DNA of 55,018 bases from Candidatus Eiseniibacteriota bacterium (GTDB lineage: Bacteria; Eisenbacteria; RBG-16-71-46; DASYSL01), in NCBI GenBank assembly GCA_031431875.1, contig JANPEF010000067.1, positions 1 through 55,018 on the forward strand. Direction: 5' to 3'. This document shows positions 49,001 through 55,018 of this stretch, piece after piece; position 1 is the stretch's first letter; the number at the start of each line of letters is the position of its first letter. A program made the position numbers and the translations under genes. The notes under the pieces are model-generated. The model searched no databases. It was not told where the DNA came from and saw only the letters and a program-made list of their open reading frames with translations.

Positions 49001-49361
49001 CCTGGCCCTCTTGGCCGTCGACTCCGGGAGCGACTGGCGCAGGCACGGCGAGTACGGCGGGCGCCGAATCGGAGGCCGGAGCCGATCCCGGCGTTGGTGC
49101 TGCAGCCTGCTCTTGTGCGGGCTCGTGTGCGCTCACGTGCTTGGGGAGGGGTTCGTCTGCGGACTGACGCCCGCGTTGGTGCACGATCACCTTGATATCG
49201 CCAACTTCGAGTCGGGTTTCGTCGTAGCGCACCGTGGCGTTTCTCGCAGCGTAATTCACCGTGGCGCTCGCCACCCCCGGCACATCGGCAATCCGCTTTT
49301 CTACTTCGTCCACGGTCAATACCGACAGCATGTCGCGCACTTCAATGACGCTCGTTTTCAT
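46056..49361 (-). CDS. Cation-transporting P-type ATPase (P2A-like) with N-terminal Cys-less HMA-like domain
   Basis: LTGES, VAAVPEGL, DKTGT, KGAP, TGDH, GDGVNDAPAL motifs. Confidence 0.92.
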   Translation of the reverse strand: MKTSVIEVRDMLSVLTVDEVEKRIADVPGVASATVNYAARNATVRYDETRLEVGDIKVIVHQRGRQSADEPLPKHVSAHEPAQEQAAAPTPGSAPASDSAPAVLAVPAPVAPGVDGQEGQAAPGAQASTPVPSVPKASTAASALDDHTGHSASDAPPLPHPPAMAKAGSLDDPSVKDADEVARTLGADTVNGLTSEDASRRLLADGPNELRSAPRWPAWRRVLAHFHDPLIYLLVAAIAIALVAWVIEGRVGWPVDAVVIATVVLLNGVLGFVQQAKAEDAVAALARMTTATSAVLRDGQVRRLPSAELVRGDLLVLGEGDAVGADARLVQSASLRVQEASLTGESEAVLKDAATLAATAALGDRLDMVFKGTAVAQGTGRAVVTATGMATEMGRVAEMLDATIEEPTPLEKEVGRIGRMLGIAVVIIAIVVVTTVLLMSNIRSAADVTHVLLLGVSLAVAAVPEGLPAILSVVLALGVRRMAKHHAIVKKLSSVETLGSASVIASDKTGTLTRAEMTIERVMTASGETRLTGVGYVPEGRVESKGAELPAGPLRDENVVVLSGGSLAGNADLRQGAGGEWEIHGDPTEAAFLVAERKLGATERRERRFERIGEIPFTSERKMMSTVELDHEHDDEVVVITKGAPGVVLDRCTRARVGMETVALDNALRARMLADVDTLADAALRTLAVAYRALAPGEDREAKESLEHDLVFVGTVGIIDPPREEAAVAIREAHRAGIRVIMITGDHPRTAARIAADLGIVEAGAPALTGSELEALDDAAFADAVRKTSVYARVSPAHKLRIVDALQADGNVVAMTGDGVNDAPALKAADIGLAMGVTGTEVTKEAAKMILADDNFATIVEAVREGRGILDNIRKFLRYLLSSNMGEVLTVFFGVVGAGVIGLKGAGDVVVLPMLATQLLWINLITDSGPALAMGVDPAVDDLMARKPRHMGERVIDARMWAGVVQIGLVIAVLTLLTIDIYLPGGLVEGSYDLATARTAGFTVLAFTSLFTCFSARSDTTSAFTHLFVNPWLWGAVALAALLQVAVVNLSFLNLAFGTAPLTLEQWLLCLGMASGVLWYSELRKLVSRAWSRRDAPAGSV

Positions 49362-50342
49362 CGCACTTTCTTAGAGGGAGTCATTCAGCGTCATTGCATT
49401 AAAGAGCATTCGGATCCATGACGTCATCATCACCGCAGTCTCTTGCTCCAGAATTCCCAGGCGATTCCATGGAGTGCGCCAAACACAAAACCACCGACGG
49501 TGAACAGCGCGAATCCAGTCAGGTAAGCGAGGGGACTAGCGGAGATTGGCAACGGACTGGCCGCCGCCAGGGCAGCCAGCAGGAAGGGCGGAAACAGAGC
49601 GTCGACAATGGCGCATAAGGCATATGCCACACTCATAGTCACCGCCATCGAGAGCGCATGTACCTTCCAGGAGTCAGGTTTTGGCTCTGCGGCTGTGGGC
49701 GTCGGAGATTTCGCGTCGGGAGCGGCTTTTGGCGCAGCAGCTACGGGCGTCGAGGGCTTCGCGGCCGGCGCGACCGGAGACGGCTTCGGCGGAGCAGCTA
49801 GCGTTGCTGATGGGGGCGCGCTCGGCGTCGCTTTACCCTGTTGTCCGTCCCCTGCACGAACAATCGGGGCGGCCATGGCGGCCGGGGCAGCTTTCGGGGC
49901 CGCAGGTTCCGGCGTTGAAGGCTGCGCGCTCGGTGCCGTCTTGTCCTGTTGTCCGTCTCCTCCGGGAACAGTCATCGCGGGCACGGTGGCGGCCGCAACA
50001 GTAGAAGCTTTTGGCAGAGCGGCTTCGGGCGTTGAAGCAGAGGCCGGCGCAACTTTCGGCGTTGGCACTTCAGCAGACTTGCGTGCGGGCTCGTGTTCGC
50101 TCACACGGATGGGTAGGGATTCGCCCGCGGGTTGATCCCCGCGTTGGTGCACGATCACCTTGATATCGGCGACTTCGAGTCGGGTTTCGTCGTAGCGCAC
50201 TGTGGCGTTTCCCGCCGCGAAGTTCACTGTTGCGCTTTCGACACCCGCTATCCCGCCAATCCTCTTTTCCACGTCGTCCACGGTCAATACCGACAGCATG
50301 TCGTGCACTTCAATAACGCTCGTTTTCATTGCACTTCCTTAG
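49115..50342 (-). repeat. About 260-bp direct duplication (49115-49374 and 50083-50342) covering the HMA-like domain and RBS
   Basis: Shared blocks such as CGCGTTGGTGCACGATCACCTTGATATCG and CGTCCACGGTCAATACCGACAGCATGTCG. Confidence 0.9.
49430..50329 (-). CDS. HMA-like domain (no CxxC) + Pro/Ala linker + C-terminal membrane hairpin protein
   Basis: N-terminal about 80 aa paralogous to the ATPase N-terminus; two hydrophobic segments at the C-terminus. Confidence 0.75.
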   Translation of the reverse strand: MKTSVIEVHDMLSVLTVDDVEKRIGGIAGVESATVNFAAGNATVRYDETRLEVADIKVIVHQRGDQPAGESLPIRVSEHEPARKSAEVPTPKVAPASASTPEAALPKASTVAAATVPAMTVPGGDGQQDKTAPSAQPSTPEPAAPKAAPAAMAAPIVRAGDGQQGKATPSAPPSATLAAPPKPSPVAPAAKPSTPVAAAPKAAPDAKSPTPTAAEPKPDSWKVHALSMAVTMSVAYALCAIVDALFPPFLLAALAAASPLPISASPLAYLTGFALFTVGGFVFGALHGIAWEFWSKRLR

Positions 50343-50359
50343 TGGCTGCATATCCGGGC

Positions 50360-50709
50360 CGGCCAGGTCGAAGAACGAGTGTTCCCGCGTGCAGGGTCCC
50401 CCGCCGCCGGGCGGGAACAGGAGGGCGATGCAGAACTTGTCGTCGATGCCGTTGCTCAGCAGCTGGCTGACGGTGATGAAGTCGCTGTCCGAGGCCGCGT
50501 CCGCCGTCAGGATCACGCCGACGCTCGTCGAGTCGAGGTAGACGCCCTCGAACTTTGCCTCGGTATGCTCTCCGAACCGGCTGGAAGCGGTGCTCGTAGA
50601 TCTCCGGAAAGTCGATCCCGGGCGTGATCGTGCCCGTTCCCAGAACCTCGGCGCGGCACGGCGCAGCCACAAGAATCAGGAGCGCGACGGCGAGGAAAGC
50701 AGGTTTCAT
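50360..50709 (-). pseudogene. Frameshifted, truncated secreted protein
   Basis: Signal peptide MKPAFLAVALLILVAAPCRA; protein-like reading continues in another frame after about 50585 and breaks near 50360. Confidence 0.45.
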
Positions 50710-50772
50710 GTGCATGATCCCCGGCGGAATGGCAACCTTGAGGATACGCTGCTGCGCGCAGGCGGGCAAGCC

Positions 50773-50809
50773 GCGAGGCTCTTCGTGAGGCTCTTCGCGA
50801 GGCTCTTCG
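50773..50809. repeat. 12-bp tandem repeat x3
   Basis: GCGAGGCTCTTC GTGAGGCTCTTC GCGAGGCTCTTC. Confidence 0.85.
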
Positions 50810-50934
50810 GTAAATGGACGGCGTTCAGCCAAGGGTGTAGTTCCCCAAAGCGGGCTTGACCCGATCTCGTAGGCGGTTCGCAAACGCCGCTGGAGTCGCC
50901 CGAGCTCGCCGCTCGATCGGGCGCACATCCGTCC

Positions 50935-51090
50935 CCCTTCACGACAAGTTCGAAGAGGTCTTCGCCTCGGGCACCAACCCCCAACGAAAACACCTCCTCC
51001 ACCACGTGGTGAAGGAGGTGCGTGTTCACGGCCGTCTGTCGGTCGAGGTGCCTACCTCGTGCCGCAGCCGGGCCCGCGGGACCCGGTCAC
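50935..51090 (+). pseudogene. Possible C-terminal remnant of a large serine recombinase
   Basis: HDKFEEVFASGTNPQRKHLLHHVVKEVRVHGRLSVEV(fs)YLVP resembles the K-x-LL-x2-LV-x2-V-x-V...IEV-x-Y tail of LSRs; recognised by eye only. Confidence 0.45.
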
Positions 51091-51092
51091 TA

Positions 51093-52014
51093 GGCTGTGT
51101 CTGAAAACGCTGGAACGTAGTAGGCTCCCCGCGAAGTGCCCCCGCAGGGCGACTTTGTGCAGGAGTCGTGTCGATGCGCCGCTACGAGCTGTCGGACGAA
51201 GAGTGGGCCGTGATCGAGCCGCTGTTTCCCGATGTGGCGTGGACGGGTCGTCCTCGACGGTCGCCGCGCGAGATGGCCAACGCGCTGTTCTGGGTGTTGC
51301 GCAGCGGGTCCCCGTGGAGGGACCTGCCGGAGCGCTTCGGTCCCTGGCAGACGTGCTATCACCACTTCAACTCCTGGCGCCGCGCCGGCGTGTTCGATCG
51401 CATCCTCGAGGCCCTGCAGATCCGGCCCGATGCGGAGGGGCACATCGACTGGGATCTCTGGTGCGTGGACGGCACCTCGGTACGGGCTTCGAAGTCGGCC
51501 GCAGGGGACGGAAAGAGGGGGCCCGCTCGAGCCCCAAGACCACGCACTGGGCCGCTCGCGCGGCGGATTCGGGAGCAAGCTCCACCTGGTCGCTGACGGT
51601 CACGGCCTTCCCCTCGCGGTCCACGTCACGGCCGGGCAAGTCCACGAGTCGACGCAGTTCGAAGCGGTCTTGAACCGGGTTCGCATCCGGCAGCCACGCG
51701 GACGGCCGCGCACCCGGCCCGCTGCGGTGGCCGGCGACAAAGGGTACAGCTATCCGCGCATCCGCCTCTGGTTGCGCCGCCATACGATTCGAGCGGTGAT
51801 TCCGCGGCGCTCAAATCAGGAGCCCGACGATGGTCGTGTCCGCTTCGACAAGCAGGCCTATCGCATGCGCTGCACCGTCGAACAGTGCATCGGCTGGCTC
51901 AAGGAGTGCCGTCGCGTGGCCACTCGCTTCGAGAAGTACGCCGTGAACTTCCTCGCCATGATTCAGGCGGCGATCATTCAACGGTACCTCCGTGTCCTGT
52001 TTTCAGACACAGCC
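51093..52014 (+). mobile_element. IS5-family (IS427-like) insertion sequence, 922 bp
   Basis: Perfect 16-bp TIRs GGCTGTGTCTGAAAAC / GTTTTCAGACACAGCC; TA duplication (51091-92, 52015-16) in a CTAG context. Confidence 0.93.
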
Positions 52015-52017
52015 TAG
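51174..52017 (+). CDS. IS5-family transposase in two overlapping frames (frame change near 51510-51521)
   Basis: orfA ELSDEEW...WRDLPERFGPW...VDGT; orfB LGRSRGGFGSKLH...GDKGY...VEQCIGWLKECRRVATRFEK. Confidence 0.88.
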
Positions 52018-52190
52018 CGAAATCCTTCACGCCGGCGACCGAGAACCACACCGGGCCGGCATTGGACCCGCAGGTTTGTACTTCCTCCAGGCGCGCGACA
52101 AGCCGAGCCCGGGCCTCTCCGACGACCCGACTCCGCATCGCACCCTCCTGTAGTGCCGGGGTGGCGCTGAAGGTTTTGGCGCACGTGACG

Positions 52191-52209
52191 ATACCAGTGT
52201 GGGTATAAT
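52191..52209 (+). promoter_or_regulatory. TA promoter -10 box overlapping an inverted-repeat operator
   Basis: ATACC-N6-GGTAT (52191-52206) overlapping TATAAT (52204-52209). Confidence 0.55.
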
Positions 52210-52214
52210 GGGGC

Positions 52215-52658
52215 ATGCGCCGCGCATGGACTCCCGGCTCTTCCAGGATCATCGAGGGGCGGCGCGAGCGGCCTGTCGTGTTCGTGGGTTCGGCTCGCCG
52301 CGACTTGCAAGCGATGCCGGAGTCCGTCAAGGAACTCATGGGAACCGCGATCCGATGGGCCCAGACGGGCGGAGTGGGGCCGGATGGTAGGCGCAACCTC
52401 GGGCTGCACCCAGAGGCGAGGAAGATGAAGGACGACCTCTCTGACGTTGTCGAAGTCCGAGACGATCATGATGGCGAGACGTTTCGAGCCATGTACACCG
52501 CGAAGGTCGAGGAGAGAATCTACGTCCTGCATGCATTCCAGAAGAAATCGAAGAGCGGCATCGCGAATCCGAAGGGCGAGTTGGACCTCGTCCGGCAGAG
52601 GCTCAAGGAAGCGCGGACGATCGAGCAGAGGCTTGCGGAGAGGACGGCGAAGCTATGA
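52215..52658 (+). CDS. RelE/ParE-superfamily toxin (HigB/Gp49-like)
   Basis: VFVGSARRDL...VVEVRDD..GETFRAMY...IYVLHAFQKKSKSG; toxin-first order. Confidence 0.88.
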   Translation: MRRAWTPGSSRIIEGRRERPVVFVGSARRDLQAMPESVKELMGTAIRWAQTGGVGPDGRRNLGLHPEARKMKDDLSDVVEVRDDHDGETFRAMYTAKVEERIYVLHAFQKKSKSGIANPKGELDLVRQRLKEARTIEQRLAERTAKL

Positions 52659-53122
52659 CTGGGAAGAAGAAGACGATTCACTTCGAGGCTAGCTCCGGAA
52701 ATGTCTTTGAGGACCTTGGCGTCCCTGAACCCGACCAGGCGCTGGTGAAGGCGGATCTCGTCAAGGAGATCTGTGGCCATCTCGCTGGACGAGACCTTCG
52801 TCAGTCCGAAATTGCGCAGCACCTTGGTATTCCGCAGCCAAAAGTGTCGCTCCTCCTGCGAGGGCGTATCGATGGCTTCTCGACTGACTATCTCATGCGC
52901 CTTCTCAATCGACTTGGACGATCAATCAGCATCGTCGTTCAGCCTCCTGCACGAGGGCGTATCGTTGGGTCCACCCACGTGGTTCACGGGGTTGCATCAA
53001 TGACGGCCACACCACCTTCAACCTATGGTGCCCGCAAGACTGCCAGTGCAGGGCGCGTGCTACCCCCCATTCGGGCAGCAGCGAGGAAGGCTGTTCGCGT
53101 GAAGGTCTCAAAAAAGAAGTGA
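52655..53122 (+). CDS. XRE-family HTH antitoxin (HigA-like)
   Basis: SSGNVFEDLG...LRQSEIAQHLGIPQPKVSLLLRG..GFS; ATGA overlap with toxin. Confidence 0.88.
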   Translation: MTGKKKTIHFEASSGNVFEDLGVPEPDQALVKADLVKEICGHLAGRDLRQSEIAQHLGIPQPKVSLLLRGRIDGFSTDYLMRLLNRLGRSISIVVQPPARGRIVGSTHVVHGVASMTATPPSTYGARKTASAGRVLPPIRAAARKAVRVKVSKKK

Positions 53123-53182
53123 GGCCCGTCGTCGAGAGAATGCACCTAGCTCGAACCGCGTCCTGACCGTCTTCGCCCGGTT

Positions 53183-53716
53183 CTAGCGGCCCCCCGACAA
53201 CGGTCTCGCGTCGGCGAGGAATGTCTTCCGGATCAATCCCTCCACCGCGGACATTGCCGTTTCCAACTCGGCGCGTTTCCGGTTCACTTCCGGATCTGCA
53301 TCCGAATCCTTGGCGAGTGCCTCGGCGCAGCTTTCCCCGAGGGGCAGTCGTCCGTCGTGCTGACCCAACTGCGCCAGCAGGTCTTTCACGCGCCCAATTC
53401 GCTTCAGCGCCTCCGCGATCTGCTCCTTGGCCCGTTCCACGGGCACCGCGCCGCGCCGCACGTCCTGAAGCAAGCGGCACTCGAACGTCTGGCAGCACTC
53501 CGGACGATGCTCGTAGATGGTGCATCGTCTTCCCTGCAACGCCGCACACGGCTGCAACAGTTGCGCTCCGCCCCTGTCATCTTCCTCGATCTCCAGCCCC
53601 ATGGACTCCAACCGCGTGGCTTCCCGGCGGCCGGCCAGCTCGACGTCGGCGAACAACGACCCGTCGCAGCACAGGCCGCATCGCGTGCATAGCGTGTCCG
53701 TCAGGCTCGGTTTCAT
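53183..53716 (-). CDS. YkgJ-family cysteine cluster (CxxCxxCC) protein
   Basis: CTRCGLCCDG...QPCAAL...CTIYEHRPECCQTFEC. Confidence 0.85.
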   Translation of the reverse strand: MKPSLTDTLCTRCGLCCDGSLFADVELAGRREATRLESMGLEIEEDDRGGAQLLQPCAALQGRRCTIYEHRPECCQTFECRLLQDVRRGAVPVERAKEQIAEALKRIGRVKDLLAQLGQHDGRLPLGESCAEALAKDSDADPEVNRKRAELETAMSAVEGLIRKTFLADARPLSGGR

Positions 53717-53831
53717 GCAGGGATCATGGGGGTCCGGGCGGCCCGATGAAAGGGATCTCCGTTTCCGGCTGACGAGCGCAGGCCGCGGGCATCGTCTCAC
53801 GGGCAGACCACCACCCCGGGAGCCCGCCATG

Positions 53832-54009
53832 TGAACCGCTCCGGGATTCCCGGAGGCTCCATTCCTTGAGAGGATGGGGTCATGGCCAGACCGAGCAGGT
53901 TCTCCCCGGAAGTTCGGGACCGTTCCGTCCGGATGGTGCTCGAACACCTGAACCAGTACGACTCGCAGTGGGCGGCGATCACGTCGATCGCGAAGAAGAT
54001 CGGGTGCAG
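53832..54009 (+). mobile_element. IS3-family left-end remnant with truncated orfA
   Basis: TGAACCGCTCCGGGATTCCCGGAGG left end; ATG 53882 gives [19 protein letters not shown]...[15 protein letters not shown], then breaks off. Confidence 0.85.
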
Positions 54010-54261
54010 ATCCGTTCGTACGCGGACCACCAGGTGCGTTCCACGATCCCGCTGACCGTTCACGGAAGCGACTTCAGTTTCCGAGTTCCGCATGGCGCCA
54101 TCGCCCCCCTCGGCAGGGACTACCGTTGGCAGGTCATCACGTACACGAGGCTCGATCCCGCCGGCGCTTCGAGCGCGCGACTCTACTCCGGTTACGTCTT
54201 GTCGACGACGAATCATCCAAAGGGGGTGGGCCAGTTCGAGTCGCCCAACGACCTTCGCTAG
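54010..54261 (+). pseudogene. 3' fragment of an unknown gene truncated at the IS3 remnant
   Basis: Open frame [18 protein letters not shown]...FESPNDLR* with no own start. Confidence 0.35.
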
Positions 54262-54291
54262 CGGGGCCGTTCGGGGTGAGCCGGCCCGGAC

Positions 54292-54792
54292 TCACTTCAC
54301 AGCTTCCAGGCTCGCCCCGTGGATGTGCCACTGCAGTTGCTCGGGCGTGGCGCCGGGGACGTCGCTGACGCGACGGAGCTCGTAGACGCCCTCGAACCGT
54401 GTGTCTTCACCGGCCGTGGTCGTTGCGCGCACGCGGACGGGGACGGTCGCGAAGATCGAGCCCGCAGCTCCTTCGAACGTGACCGGGCCGGCGAACTCGA
54501 CTCGCGTGCGGGTCGTCGCTGCGAAGCCTTCCGCGAACGACTCGTACGACTGCCCGCTCGCCTCGCCGTCCCGTGACCAGACTGCGTAGGCGGATGCGAA
54601 GTCCCGGGAGTCGATCGCCGCGTAGTACCGGCGGATCACCTCGCGCACCGCGGTCGAGTCGGCGGTCGGCCCCGGAGTGGGTGCGCGCTCGCGCGCCTGG
54701 CAGCCGGCGAGCAGAAGTGCAAGCGCGAGTACGGCGAGCCCCCGGGCGACGCGCTCGAGACGCGGCGCTCGACGCGTGGTGCGCCGTTTCAC
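54292..54792 (-). CDS. Putative lipoprotein
   Basis: Lipobox LLLAGC after a basic N-terminus and hydrophobic core; VIRRYYAAI...FASAYAVW. Confidence 0.75.
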   Translation of the reverse strand: MKRRTTRRAPRLERVARGLAVLALALLLAGCQARERAPTPGPTADSTAVREVIRRYYAAIDSRDFASAYAVWSRDGEASGQSYESFAEGFAATTRTRVEFAGPVTFEGAAGSIFATVPVRVRATTTAGEDTRFEGVYELRRVSDVPGATPEQLQWHIHGASLEAVK

Positions 54793-54800
54793 TCGCGCGA

Positions 54801-55001
54801 TCAGGGCTTGATCGTGATCGAGTCGGGCAGATCGACCTTCACTTCGATGTCCGACTTGTTCTCGGTGGGCGCGGGTGCGGGCGTCGCGGCCGAGCGGGGC
54901 TTCTGGCCCATGAAGAACCAGGCCGCGCCGGCGACCAGGATGAGAATGGCGATGATCGCCACCATGTTGACCGAGCTTCCGCCGCCGCCTTGTTCTGCCA
55001 T
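54801..55001 (-). CDS. Small single-TM membrane protein
   Basis: GGAGG RBS; MVAIIAILILVAGAAWFF hydrophobic segment. Confidence 0.7.
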   Translation of the reverse strand: MAEQGGGGSSVNMVAIIAILILVAGAAWFFMGQKPRSAATPAPAPTENKSDIEVKVDLPDSITIKP

Positions 55002-55018
55002 GTCCTGCCTCCTTGTCT

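Noticed and set aside
53183..53947. 254-aa version of the CxxCxxCC protein
   Set aside because: The N-terminal 76 aa are mostly the antisense reading of the IS3 remnant and spacer; the likely start is ATG at 53716
40614..55018. Complete DGR (RT, avd, template repeat) in the window
   Set aside because: No YxDD reverse-transcriptase ORF and no AAC-rich second copy of 44061-44195 found by eye

Overview
High-GC bacterial window. FlgD-Ig-type C-terminal domains, a C-terminal 'SWGSVKATYR' tail and the kinase style suggest a Candidatus Eisenbacteria/Latescibacteria-like FCB-associated lineage (inference only). 1-16180 is the contiguous tuf(3' end)-S10-spc-secY-adk-map-infA-alpha ribosomal superoperon. 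16.3-32.2 kb holds hypothetical genes, a DUF222-like HNH nuclease with internal DNA palindromes, an in-frame Bfd/bacterioferritin-tail chimera, a convergent fatty-acid modification cluster (FAD oxidoreductase, DUF1365-CFA fusion, second SAM methyltransferase, DUF1295, FabF, acyl-ACP desaturase), DinB, tag and a class A PBP. tRNA-Asn(GTT) at 32279-32353 begins an accessory region. The tRNA 3' core GGAGCCA plus a terminator-like hairpin recurs at about 38385 and 40283, each preceded by a conserved att-like arm, which divides the region into integrase-less tandem cassettes. Cargo includes a 9-repeat Kelch protein, secreted proteins, an M48 protease, a cupredoxin, a GT2, a kinase-NACHT-FGE/CLec protein whose 3' end looks like a DGR variable region, an ackA fragment, an APC permease, a P-type ATPase with a Cys-less HMA domain, a possible serine-recombinase remnant, an IS5-family element, a HigBA-like TA pair and an IS3 left-end remnant. 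No CRISPR array, rRNA, intact integrase or reverse transcriptase was seen.
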